DNA from: a virus
Lineage: Duplodnaviria > Caudoviricetes
Virus record (IMG/VR): IMGVR_UViG_3300032257_000008
Location: 1 to 64,000 of that record
Strand: one strand, 5' to 3'
DNA: 64,000 nt
Every line of letters begins with the position of its first letter. Within the stretch, counting starts at the first letter, position 1. The notes below the pieces were generated by a model that ran no database searches, was not told the origin of the DNA, and was given only the letters and a program-made list of their open reading frames with translations. This document shows positions 17,485-26,415 of this stretch, piece after piece. Both the position numbers and the translations under genes were made by a program.

Positions 17485-18480
17485 ATGGTAATACAATCAA
17501 AGAACCTAACCGGTTTAGATATGATCAAGATCGATATAGCTAACTGCTATGGTCTGGATAAAGAAGACTGGGCTACCAGACTTATGTGGTTTCAAGTCAA
17601 TGTTAATAAACTGGAAGAGCTGATTAAATCAGCAGCAGAACCAATGTTGTATATCAAAGCTGTAATGGCTTATAGAGATACTATGGTTGGTTTAGCTTCA
17701 GGTCATAACATGTTCTTAGACGCCACAGCCTCAGGCCTGCAGATACTTGCAGTACTGTCTGGTTGTAAGAAGACTGCTCGACATGTAAACCTGATTAATA
17801 CTGGTGATCGTGAAGATGTATACATAGAAGTCATGACTGCTATGAATAAACATCTACCAGTTGATCAACAAGTGGATCGTAACTTAGTTAAGAAGCCTGT
17901 AATGACGCATTACTATAACAAAATGCGACAGGATACTCTGACTGGACCACAGGAAGATGCGTTCTATACAGTATTATCTGAAAGCTTTGAAGGAGCTGAA
18001 GCAGTTAAGGACTATATTAATACTCAGTGGAACCCAGATGCTCTCGAGCATACTTGGACTCTACCTGATGGACATGTATCTCGTGTATTAGTTACTGAGA
18101 TGGTTACAGCTCGTGTAGAAGTAGATGAATTAAATCATACTACCTTCTCTCACCGGTTCGAAGCCAACTTACCAAGTACTACTAGCAGTAGCTTAGTGCC
18201 TAATATTGTCCATAGTATTGATGCATACGTGGTTCGTGAAATGATACGTAGAAGTAATGCAGAAGGTTTCGAGTTAGCTCATATCTTCGATGCATTCACT
18301 GCTCATCCTAATTACATGGTGCGAGTTACTGAGTTGTACCGTGACATTATGGCTGAATTAGCAGATATGCCATTGCTTGAGAACATCATGGATGAAATAC
18401 GTGGACATCATATTCCATTACAGAAGTTTAGTTATGATCTAAGTACTGATATCCGTAATAGTGAATATATGTTGAGTTAG
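17485..18480 (+). CDS. RNA polymerase II subunit 2 (N4 gp16-like, catalytic half)
   Basis: LDATASGLQI (motif A), RNLVKKPVMTHYY (motif B), PNIVHSIDA, HIFDAF (motif C). Confidence 0.93.
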   Translation: MVIQSKNLTGLDMIKIDIANCYGLDKEDWATRLMWFQVNVNKLEELIKSAAEPMLYIKAVMAYRDTMVGLASGHNMFLDATASGLQILAVLSGCKKTARHVNLINTGDREDVYIEVMTAMNKHLPVDQQVDRNLVKKPVMTHYYNKMRQDTLTGPQEDAFYTVLSESFEGAEAVKDYINTQWNPDALEHTWTLPDGHVSRVLVTEMVTARVEVDELNHTTFSHRFEANLPSTTSSSLVPNIVHSIDAYVVREMIRRSNAEGFELAHIFDAFTAHPNYMVRVTELYRDIMAELADMPLLENIMDEIRGHHIPLQKFSYDLSTDIRNSEYMLS

Positions 18481-18486
18481 GAACCT

Positions 18487-18527
18487 GAGTTAGGCGCACA
18501 TCCGTGCGCTTAGCTCGTTTTTCTTTT
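18487..18527 (+). terminator. Rho-independent terminator after RNAP2
   Basis: GAGTTAGGCGCAC-ATCC-GTGCGCTTAGCTC followed by GTTTTTCTTTT. Confidence 0.75.
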
Positions 18528-18530
18528 ATA

Positions 18531-18850
18531 AAAAACCTAAAGGCTAAGGGTAATGTGGTGATCCTACTAACCCTGAATATTAACTTTCCAAAAGATAGTA
18601 AATATGGGTATAGTTACCCTGTAGCCTATTAAGAGGACATAAGAAGCTGTAATCCAGTACAATCAATGGAGAAGAACTATGGTTTATTGTTAGGGAATTC
18701 CCAAAAGAGACACAACTACGATAACGGTAGTTAGTAAAGGTGCATGTGCCGGTCTTTAAACTATATGTTAATAAAGCAGTCTAAGACTGTTAAAAAAAGC
18801 CCCACTTTTAAAGTCAATTATGAGATTTTAAGCAGGGGCTTTTTTCTTAC
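18531..18850 (+). ncRNA. Candidate structured RNA or leader (multiple stems)
   Basis: 13-bp stem 18541-18553/18614-18627 with nested ACCC/GGGT, hairpins at 18714-18732 and 18777-18790, and AAAAAAGCCCC/GGGGCTTTTTT 18793-18845. Confidence 0.4.
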
Positions 18851-18866
18851 TCATTGGAGATAGATC

Positions 18867-19082
18867 ATGGTATTTGAAAAGATAGATGACTATCATCGTA
18901 GAGCTCAAGTCCCAGGAGGCTGGCTCGTTAAAGTTTATGAAGATGTATATATCAATATGCATATAGATGATAATAGACCTGAACCAGGTTACGCATGGCA
19001 AGTATCAATGTGTTTCGTTCCTGACCCTAATCATGAATGGGAATTAATAGAACTATTAACAGGTGACAAAGATGGACAATAA
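18867..19082 (+). CDS. Conserved-type phage hypothetical protein
   Basis: RAQVPGGWLVKV...CFVPDPNHEW, GGAG RBS. Confidence 0.75.
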   Translation: MVFEKIDDYHRRAQVPGGWLVKVYEDVYINMHIDDNRPEPGYAWQVSMCFVPDPNHEWELIELLTGDKDGQ

Positions 19083-19326
19083 AGAACGCCTTGCTCGCAT
19101 GCTGTATCACGCATACGGGGCTCTTTGTTACGACAACAGCCAAACATTCACCAAAGAAGAAGCGGCTCAACTTAGGTCACTCAGAGAGCTTTTACATAGT
19201 AATTATTTGGAATATTCTCCAAATGCTGATTATGATATGGGAGATCTGGAACGTACTAAGATGGCTTACCAGGCCAGACCTTATAATCCTGAACCACCTA
19301 AACCAACATTAAAAATAGTTAAATAG
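19063..19326 (+). CDS. Hypothetical protein
   Basis: 87 aa. Confidence 0.6.
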   Translation: MTKMDNKERLARMLYHAYGALCYDNSQTFTKEEAAQLRSLRELLHSNYLEYSPNADYDMGDLERTKMAYQARPYNPEPPKPTLKIVK

Positions 19327-19337
19327 ATAATATCTGT

Positions 19338-19428
19338 GTGCAGCCCTGGGGCTCGAGCCAACCAGCTACCCGGGTTACACTCCTACTCCATATTGCCAGC
19401 CCGGTAGTCCTGGGGCTGCACTCAAATA
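19338..19428 (+). ncRNA. GC-rich intergenic stem-loop element
   Basis: 14-bp stem 19338-19351/19408-19421 with inner CTACCCGGG/CCCGGTAG. Confidence 0.45.
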
Positions 19429-19447
19429 TTATTTTAAGGAGATGGTT

Positions 19448-19816
19448 ATGCAATATACCTGTCCTGTTTGTGGTTCATCCGGTGGTGATAATGATGATAC
19501 CTATAAAAATCCAGGTTATTTCTGTCACCGATGTAATGATGGTACCCGTATGCTACCTAGTAACAACGGTAATATTTTTGTTTATGGTATTCAATGCCAT
19601 TTCACTAATATGTGGTCACATAGTGATTGGGATGAAAATAATGAACCTATTACATATGCAACCGAAGAAGAAGCACAAAAAGAATTAGATTCTACAATGC
19701 CTGATCTTGAAGATTTAGGACATGTAGCTAATGACTGGCGAATATTCCGCTATATGCAGGATTTTCACACTAAACGAATAATAGGCATTAAGTACTATGA
19801 TCGAACTGGAGAATAA
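19448..19816 (+). CDS. Zn-ribbon protein
   Basis: CPVC and CHRC, AGGAG RBS. Confidence 0.7.
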   Translation: MQYTCPVCGSSGGDNDDTYKNPGYFCHRCNDGTRMLPSNNGNIFVYGIQCHFTNMWSHSDWDENNEPITYATEEEAQKELDSTMPDLEDLGHVANDWRIFRYMQDFHTKRIIGIKYYDRTGE

Positions 19817-20384
19817 AATTATGTGGGTTTTAAGTATTTTTGGTTTAGCAGCATTATTACTAGGTTTATTTTTTATATTTCCTCCTGTAATAGCACATAT
19901 TCAAATTACTAAGAAAACTAAGTTATACAACAAAGAAGCCGAAGAATTCAACAAACAGTTGATTGCTGATGGTATGCCTAAAGAACAAATGTATCATCAT
20001 AGAAAAGATGCAAAAAGAATGCCTGAATTTAGGGATAGCAATATTGTCTGGCTAGGTATGGTATTAACAACAGTAGTATTATTCTTCCCGACAATATCAT
20101 TAGATAATCATCTTAGTAATTTAATAACTCTTAAAGTTAATAATCAATTAGTAAGTATTTACCAGACTCAAATTGATGATTTAAATACTGAATTTAAAAC
20201 AATTGATATGAAAGCTGACGCCTTAATGAATGGGGACACACCAGTAGCTACTATGATACAGGCCAAAGTAGACCTTACTAAAAAATTAACCGAAGTTAAG
20301 GTATATGAATACCAGGCTAACAAAGAAATACTGGAACGCAGTAAAGGTGGTTTCTGGTGGATTCCTAAACTCATACCGGAGTAA
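19797..20384 (+). CDS. Membrane protein (2 TM plus coiled coil)
   Basis: Two hydrophobic helices, 195 aa. Confidence 0.75.
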   Translation: MIELENKIMWVLSIFGLAALLLGLFFIFPPVIAHIQITKKTKLYNKEAEEFNKQLIADGMPKEQMYHHRKDAKRMPEFRDSNIVWLGMVLTTVVLFFPTISLDNHLSNLITLKVNNQLVSIYQTQIDDLNTEFKTIDMKADALMNGDTPVATMIQAKVDLTKKLTEVKVYEYQANKEILERSKGGFWWIPKLIPE

Positions 20385-20423
20385 CCGTTATGCAACAAGT
20401 AACATTACCTGGAGTATACCTTA

Positions 20424-20918
20424 GTGGAAAGTAAATTCAGACAATATCAATGTCCTACTTGCAAAAATAAACAAAAATTAGAAACTAACCATATTGGTGA
20501 AATCTATACTGGTTGTAAGATGTGTGGTGCACCCACTATGTGGTGTATTGAACCAGAAGCAATTGCTGGTAGAGATACTCTTCATCAAACCAAAGTTAAA
20601 TTAATACATTACAGATATGATATTAGTAATGAAGACGATGCTCACGAGTGGGATAAATTACAGGAAAAGTTAGGGCTTACTGAAAATATTCTAACTAAAA
20701 GTTCAATACCACATCGTACACTTCAAAGATTAAAAGATATTAAGGAAGTAACCATATTTTTAGATGGTGAACTTGATAATCAATGGATTACCGATCATGG
20801 TAGATTATATGACTGGATGGAATGTACTGTTCCAAACCATTCTGTAAAAATGGGTTATTACCTCGAAATGAATAACGAAATGTTACTCTATCGTTTAATC
20901 TCCCAAGGAGTTAAATAA
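20424..20918 (+). CDS. Zn-ribbon-containing hypothetical protein
   Basis: CPTC and CKMC, GGAG upstream of GTG start. Confidence 0.7.
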   Translation: MESKFRQYQCPTCKNKQKLETNHIGEIYTGCKMCGAPTMWCIEPEAIAGRDTLHQTKVKLIHYRYDISNEDDAHEWDKLQEKLGLTENILTKSSIPHRTLQRLKDIKEVTIFLDGELDNQWITDHGRLYDWMECTVPNHSVKMGYYLEMNNEMLLYRLISQGVK

Positions 20919-21181
20919 TGGCACTAACTAGATTCCAACAAAACTTAGTTGATGTTAAAAAAGCTCTAGTAATAGCTGATATAGCTTTTAAACATAAAAT
21001 GGGTGATCAGAAAGTCGTAGTAGAAGAAAAATCTATGACAGCTAATTATTATCTTCATCCTGGAAAATATATTATTAATTTCTATGGTAAAGATTCTGAT
21101 GCCTATTACTCAGGTTTTTCTATACCTGAATTTATTGAACAAATAAAAGAATGTAAAGTAACTGCTTTATTACTCAATTAA
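20918..21181 (+). CDS. Hypothetical protein
   Basis: AGGAG RBS, TAATG coupling. Confidence 0.7.
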   Translation: MALTRFQQNLVDVKKALVIADIAFKHKMGDQKVVVEEKSMTANYYLHPGKYIINFYGKDSDAYYSGFSIPEFIEQIKECKVTALLLN

Positions 21182-21226
21182 TCTGAGTCTTCCTCAGGAA
21201 TTATTGCAGAAAACCCCTGGAGATAA

Positions 21227-21505
21227 TTGGAGAATCTTATGCCTTCTATCCATTGTCATTTTGCTAAATGCAACCCAGGTAGTTTAGAACTTATTTATGA
21301 TGAAGCTTTAGGGAAAATCGGAATTTTAGGGTCTGGAAAATATGATTCCATGACTTTTAGATTTATAGCCGAATCTCAAAAAGGTGGATATATGATTTAT
21401 ATCTACGATGAAGATAATAATTATATTGATTACTATCGTGGTAAATCATTTAAATTATTTCCAGAAGCAGAAGCTGCGGCTGAAAAAATATTATATAACT
21501 ACTAG
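21227..21505 (+). CDS. Hypothetical protein
   Basis: GGAG RBS. Confidence 0.65.
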   Translation: MENLMPSIHCHFAKCNPGSLELIYDEALGKIGILGSGKYDSMTFRFIAESQKGGYMIYIYDEDNNYIDYYRGKSFKLFPEAEAAAEKILYNY

Positions 21506-21520
21506 TTCGGAGATAATGTA

Positions 21521-21727
21521 ATGAAATTATTTTTCTTATTATTAATATCAGTAGAATTGAACCATACTTTACTTCCCTTATTCGAATTACAACCTATAGA
21601 TGATAGGATACTTTTAGCCCTTATTGCCTTAGCTTACTTAAGTTTTATACATCAGTTACTTAATCAATTAGTAAAACTTAAGCAAAAAGAAAATAATAAT
21701 GAAGAAATAAAAGAACGTAACCGGTAA
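21521..21727 (+). CDS. Small membrane protein
   Basis: Hydrophobic segments, GGAG RBS. Confidence 0.6.
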   Translation: MKLFFLLLISVELNHTLLPLFELQPIDDRILLALIALAYLSFIHQLLNQLVKLKQKENNNEEIKERNR

Positions 21728-21819
21728 TTTATGGTCAGGTAACTCAATCGAGATTCAGAAACGGGACTCTCTAAAAGCAGAAATATTGTACTTGCAGGCT
21801 GAAATCAAAAAGTACAAAT

Positions 21820-22194
21820 GTGAGGACACCAAAAATGACAATTGATATTAGTGATGAAGAGATTAAAGCCATACGAGAGCTGCAAGCTGGATTGTCGAGT
21901 GTTTTTAATGATCCACTTAATAAACTCATAGCTCATTACGAGGCTACCAAGCAAACATGGATCAGTGTTGATGAGGGATTGCCGGAATCTGATGTGGGGC
22001 TTTATCAAGTGCTATATACCCAAGATGAAACCAACTGTGTCAGTCATAACTGTAAGTTCTTAATGGGTAGAAACTGGTACATAGATGGGCAGGGATTTGA
22101 TTTTGATATAGGCGCAAAAGTAACACACTACAGAAAAGAATTAAGCCTCGACCCCTTACCCTCGCCACCCACAGAACAGACAGGAGAGAGCTGA
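21820..22194 (+). CDS. DUF551-like protein (likely start ATG 21835)
   Basis: WISVDEGLPE and VTHY motifs. Confidence 0.7.
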   Translation: MRTPKMTIDISDEEIKAIRELQAGLSSVFNDPLNKLIAHYEATKQTWISVDEGLPESDVGLYQVLYTQDETNCVSHNCKFLMGRNWYIDGQGFDFDIGAKVTHYRKELSLDPLPSPPTEQTGES

Positions 22195-22391
22195 TGGTTA
22201 GAGCTAGATTGCATATTATCTGCGGCAACTGTGGATGTAATAATGAGTGGGAACTAAGAGTCAGTGAAGAACTTGATGATGAAATTGCAGATAAATTTAA
22301 CACTCGCGTCACATTGGCTTGCAACAATTGCCATACCCTACATTTTTTAGATAATTACATCAAACCCGAACAAACAGGGAGCGCGAAATGA
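22194..22391 (+). CDS. Zn-finger protein
   Basis: ICGNCGC and CNNCHTLH. Confidence 0.7.
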   Translation: MVRARLHIICGNCGCNNEWELRVSEELDDEIADKFNTRVTLACNNCHTLHFLDNYIKPEQTGSAK

Positions 22392-22484
22392 GTGGAATCA
22401 CAGTTGAAAAAATATTAAAAACCTATATTGACCCACAAAAAATAAATAAATAATAATAACCTTTTGAATAAATTGGGGTATCAA

Positions 22485-22694
22485 ATGGCTGATTCAGCTG
22501 ACATTGCAAGTGAGCAAGAAGAAATCTATCTCAATGCTGCTATTACTGCAGCCCGGGGAGAAGTCGTACCATATACAACTGGACCATGTAAAACATGTGG
22601 TGCCGTATCAGAACGATTACTACGAAATACATGCGTAGCATGTCGTGAACTCGAAGAAATTAAACAAGAGCGGGCTTATGGCCATCGAAGGTAA
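22485..22694 (+). CDS. TraR/DksA-like C4 zinc-finger protein
   Basis: MADSADIASEQE (DxxDxA), CKTC...CVAC. Confidence 0.75.
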   Translation: MADSADIASEQEEIYLNAAITAARGEVVPYTTGPCKTCGAVSERLLRNTCVACRELEEIKQERAYGHRR

Positions 22695-22699
22695 CTAAA

Positions 22700-23092
22700 A
22701 TGGAAAATGTAACATGCCCTTACTGTGATGCGTCTGCAGAACTAGTTAAGGGTAATGTTATATATCCTTATCGAGAAGACCTTTACCACCTAAATTTTTA
22801 TCTCTGTCGCCACTATAGTCATGAACCTGCATATGTTGGGTGTCATAAGGGCACATCCGTGCCCCTTGGACGACTGGCAGATACAGAGCTCAGGCAATGG
22901 AAATCAGCAGCTCATAGAGCTTTTGATCCTATCTGGCGACCAAAGCTAGGTGAAAAGCAAATGTCTCGTAAGAAAGCCTATGCTTGGCTTGCCAGGCAGT
23001 TAAATATTCCTAAGAAAGAATGCCATATTGGTATGTTTGACATAACGCTATGTGCCCAGACAGTAAAACACTCTATGAAATTAAGGAGATAA
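22700..23092 (+). CDS. DUF3268-like zinc-finger protein
   Basis: CPYC, AYVGCHKGT..PLGRLAD.ELR, AHRAFDPIW, CHIGMFD. Confidence 0.85.
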   Translation: MENVTCPYCDASAELVKGNVIYPYREDLYHLNFYLCRHYSHEPAYVGCHKGTSVPLGRLADTELRQWKSAAHRAFDPIWRPKLGEKQMSRKKAYAWLARQLNIPKKECHIGMFDITLCAQTVKHSMKLRR

Positions 23093-23096
23093 CACC

Positions 23097-23693
23097 ATGA
23101 TTAGTCGTGCTAAGAATATGGGGCAAATAGTTGTGCCTACGTATAGTGGGCATGAATCAATGATACCTTTTAATATTAAGACTTTAGAAGGAATCCCTGA
23201 AGCATTTTTATCAACAGTAAAAGCTATGCTTAATAACGTACCAGTTAAAGCTGGTATTGCTTACTTTACTATTCATGGTAAAAAATTAATTAAAAATGAC
23301 ACTTTACGTAGAGGTGGTCCACATACTGATGGTAACTATGAACCTCACCAAATGGATTTTGGAAAGAGTGGTGGTAGTGGTTGGAAAGTAGGGGAAAACG
23401 GTCCCAGAATACATTCACCATTACATAAAAGACAGTATGTAAAAGAAACCGGAGGTTTAATTTTAGCCTCAAATTATTCTTCTTCTGTTGGTTGGTTAGG
23501 GGAATATGATGAAGTACCTGGTGTTGGTGGTAACTGTGCACATATAGAGCTGAAAGACTCTTTTCTATTAAAAGAAAATACTATCTATTATGGTAACAAT
23601 CATTTTATACATGAATCATTACCAGTAAATGAAACTGTTCATAGAACTATGATCAGAATTACATTACCAGAAACTCATGAATACTTAATATAG
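23097..23693 (+). CDS. Putative 2OG-Fe(II) oxygenase-fold protein
   Basis: RRGGPHTDGNY (HxD), FIHESLP (distal His), RTMIR. Confidence 0.65.
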   Translation: MISRAKNMGQIVVPTYSGHESMIPFNIKTLEGIPEAFLSTVKAMLNNVPVKAGIAYFTIHGKKLIKNDTLRRGGPHTDGNYEPHQMDFGKSGGSGWKVGENGPRIHSPLHKRQYVKETGGLILASNYSSSVGWLGEYDEVPGVGGNCAHIELKDSFLLKENTIYYGNNHFIHESLPVNETVHRTMIRITLPETHEYLI

Positions 23694-23909
23694 GTGGGAA
23701 TAACAATGCCTCCTCGTAAAAAGAAAGAAGAAAACTTTATCATACTGGATGATACGTATGGTGAAACACATGCTTTTACAGTCGCAACAACTAAAGAATT
23801 AAATAGTGCACTTAAAAATAAAGAAGCTAAAAATATTCGAGTATATGAATTAGGTAGACAGTTAACAGTTAGAAAACGTTTTGCTATTTATATTGAAGAA
23901 CATGACTAA
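23694..23909 (+). CDS. Hypothetical protein
   Basis: 71 aa, probable start ATG 23706. Confidence 0.55.
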   Translation: MGITMPPRKKKEENFIILDDTYGETHAFTVATTKELNSALKNKEAKNIRVYELGRQLTVRKRFAIYIEEHD

Positions 23910-23973
23910 ATGGCCTAAACTAGTATTCCCTCCAATTAATTTACATAACTATCCAAAATATAAGAAGGAAAAT

Positions 23974-24831
23974 ATGACAATTTCAGTAAAAATGATCACC
24001 GATTCAGTTAATACTGATGGTACCCGTTTATCTACAATGGTTCTTGAGTATCCACGTTTTATTCATGCAGAGTTTATGACTCATCGTGTATTTAGTCGTA
24101 ACGCTTCAAGTAGTCGTGCTATCCCAGTACAAACTATTTTAAATAATATTTTAGATACACCTGCTTTACCTGTTCATTGGGGCAGTAATAAACCAGGTAT
24201 GCAAGCTGGTGAAGAACTTACTGGTGAAGATTTAGAAAAAGCAAAGAATATTTGGGATATAACTAAATCTGACGTTGTGTATCAAGCAGGCATTCTTGCT
24301 AAATTAGGTTTACATAAGCAAGTTGCTAATCGTATTACTGAACCATTCGCACATATTAAAGTAGTAGTTACTGCTACTGAGTGGGAAAACTTTTTTACTC
24401 TTCGTAATCATGAAATGGCTCAACCTGAAATACATGAACTTGCTCGTAAAATGAAAGAATGTATGGATGATTCCGTACCTGAAAATTTAGGACCACATGC
24501 TTACCACTTGCCATTTGTTACTTCTGCTGAAGTACACACACTTGGTTTAACTAAGGCTATTAAATGTTCAGTAGCACGTTGTGCTCGAGTATCTTACTTG
24601 AACCATGACAAAACAAATCCTGATGTAGATAAAGATATTGATCTGCATGATATTTTACTGAATGCTGGTCACTACAGCCCATTCGAACATATTGCTACGC
24701 CTATTACCGAGCCCGGTACATTTGACCCATATACCTGGGGAATGGGTATTACTAATATGTGTCGTAATGGTTCATATTGGTCTGGTAATTTCCGTAACTG
24801 GATTCAATATCGTCAACTAGTTGTAGGTTAA
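23974..24831 (+). CDS. thyX: Flavin-dependent thymidylate synthase
   Basis: YPRFIHAEFMTHRVFSRNASSSRAIP, SVARCARVSY, HYSPFEH, GNFRNWIQYR. ATG 23974 follows AAGGA. Confidence 0.92.
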   Translation: MTISVKMITDSVNTDGTRLSTMVLEYPRFIHAEFMTHRVFSRNASSSRAIPVQTILNNILDTPALPVHWGSNKPGMQAGEELTGEDLEKAKNIWDITKSDVVYQAGILAKLGLHKQVANRITEPFAHIKVVVTATEWENFFTLRNHEMAQPEIHELARKMKECMDDSVPENLGPHAYHLPFVTSAEVHTLGLTKAIKCSVARCARVSYLNHDKTNPDVDKDIDLHDILLNAGHYSPFEHIATPITEPGTFDPYTWGMGITNMCRNGSYWSGNFRNWIQYRQLVVG

Positions 24832-24832
24832 G

Positions 24833-25054
24833 ATGTTATTAACTTGCCCACTATGTGGACAAACTTGTTTGAGTAGAACTCAGCAAGCTTATGACACTCA
24901 TCTACGGTGTAGTAAAAAACATAAGGATATGACGAGACTGGAGCGTAAGCGGGAAGTCGAGTCATTATTCCCACCAACAGAACATAGTATGCTTTCCAAA
25001 CATGAAAGTATTCATGAAGAAAAAGCACTAACTAGAATATCAGGTATAAACTAA
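24833..25054 (+). CDS. Small Cys/His zinc-binding protein
   Basis: CPLC and H...C pattern. Confidence 0.55.
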   Translation: MLLTCPLCGQTCLSRTQQAYDTHLRCSKKHKDMTRLERKREVESLFPPTEHSMLSKHESIHEEKALTRISGIN

Positions 25055-25151
25055 TGTTGATTGTCCTAAATATACTCATATGGACAAGCAGCAAGCAAAG
25101 CAAGCCGTAGAAATTGAAGGGGTAAAATTCGATTATCATACCCTTTATTAA

Positions 25152-25226
25152 TTATGGAGTGGGTGCACGTTAAATTATCTTTTAATATTGTGTAGTAGCT
25201 ATTCGTGTACCCACTCCACCATTTTT
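25152..25226 (+). promoter_or_regulatory. 14-bp GC-rich stem with about 34-nt AT-rich loop followed by T5
   Basis: GGAGTGGGTGCACG (25156-25169) pairs with CGTGTACCCACTCC (25204-25217). Confidence 0.55.
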
Positions 25227-25236
25227 AGGAACTCTC

Positions 25237-25554
25237 ATGTCTGAAAAAATAAAGCAAATACCTCATTTAAATATATTCCGGTACTACCAGGTAGCTTTTA
25301 AAATAGATGGTTATTACTTTAAAGATTGCAGAGATTCTGATTTAAAACATTTAATTCCTAAACAATGTTTTAATAAAGCAAAAGAGGAAGTAATAAGTCA
25401 AATAGAAAAAGATATTGAATATATTCGTCTTATGACATTTGATGATTTCCAAGCAATTAAACGTGCTGATTTCAATTCTAATAGTCCTAAGAGACATGAA
25501 GTTGAAAAGCAATTACAGAGGAGTCCTCTATATCGTGAAAAACATAAATCTTAG
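25237..25554 (+). CDS. Hypothetical protein
   Basis: AGGA RBS, 105 aa. Confidence 0.65.
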   Translation: MSEKIKQIPHLNIFRYYQVAFKIDGYYFKDCRDSDLKHLIPKQCFNKAKEEVISQIEKDIEYIRLMTFDDFQAIKRADFNSNSPKRHEVEKQLQRSPLYREKHKS

Positions 25555-26392
25555 TGATACAGAAGACGAAATTTTTATACTAATAAAAAATGAACGACAA
25601 CTTTATAATATTTATAAAGAAAAAATATCTCGTGTTAATTATGAAACATTTAAAGAGTACTTAATATCGGATTTAGAATACGATAGACATTGTGAATGGC
25701 CATTTGATTCTAAAGGAATTAGAAGCCATTCTATTGATACTCCAATACGTATTAATTACTTTCGTATCTATTTAAATCTATGTGCTGATTGGGAAATAGT
25801 ACCGGATACTAAAAGTAGGACTTATAGAGCATCCAAAAATTATAAAGATGTAAAAACATATGTAGAGTCCATACAGTATGAACGAAAACATGGAATTTCA
25901 GATAATAAAGAAAAACCACTAACTGATATTGTTGGTGTTACCAGAACTGGTCCTACTAATAGAAGATCTATTAAAGGTAAGTATTATGAAATTACTGATA
26001 GTAAACTCTCTGATGTACCTGGATCAAGTACTGTCCGTTTATTTATTACAGATGAATTAGGTAATCCATTAGAACCTAAATATGGTAATTTGGATTATTG
26101 GAAAGTTCATTACCTTGAACCAAATTTTTCAGAAAAAGCTAAAACTCTTTTAAATAGTACAGAAATAAAAAAGGAAAAACCAATGCAAACAACTGTAGAA
26201 ACAAAACATTTCGTAAATAATATAGATGTAACTAACATGTCTGAACAAGACTTAATTGATGCTATTAAGATGGCAGAAAAAGAAGTTAAGTCTTTACAAG
26301 AAGTTAAAGTTGAATCTAAAAAAGTAAAAGCTAAAGTTGAAGAAATCAATGCGGCTATTGCTAAAATGGTAGAACATCTGGATAATAAATAA
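25439..26392 (+). CDS. Hypothetical protein with C-terminal coiled-coil domain (start uncertain)
   Basis: C-terminal FVNNIDVTNMSEQDLIDAIKMAEKEV helical domain recalled from N4-like phages. Overlaps the upstream ORF. Confidence 0.65.
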   Translation: MMISKQLNVLISILIVLRDMKLKSNYRGVLYIVKNINLSDTEDEIFILIKNERQLYNIYKEKISRVNYETFKEYLISDLEYDRHCEWPFDSKGIRSHSIDTPIRINYFRIYLNLCADWEIVPDTKSRTYRASKNYKDVKTYVESIQYERKHGISDNKEKPLTDIVGVTRTGPTNRRSIKGKYYEITDSKLSDVPGSSTVRLFITDELGNPLEPKYGNLDYWKVHYLEPNFSEKAKTLLNSTEIKKEKPMQTTVETKHFVNNIDVTNMSEQDLIDAIKMAEKEVKSLQEVKVESKKVKAKVEEINAAIAKMVEHLDNK

Positions 26393-26415
26393 TTATTATT
26401 CTTTAGGGGAAGATC

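Noticed and set aside
19366-19407. Twister ribozyme (CGGGTTACA...GCCCG)
   Set aside because: About 22 extra nt lie in the would-be L4, and the UAA L1 and T2 partner are missing.
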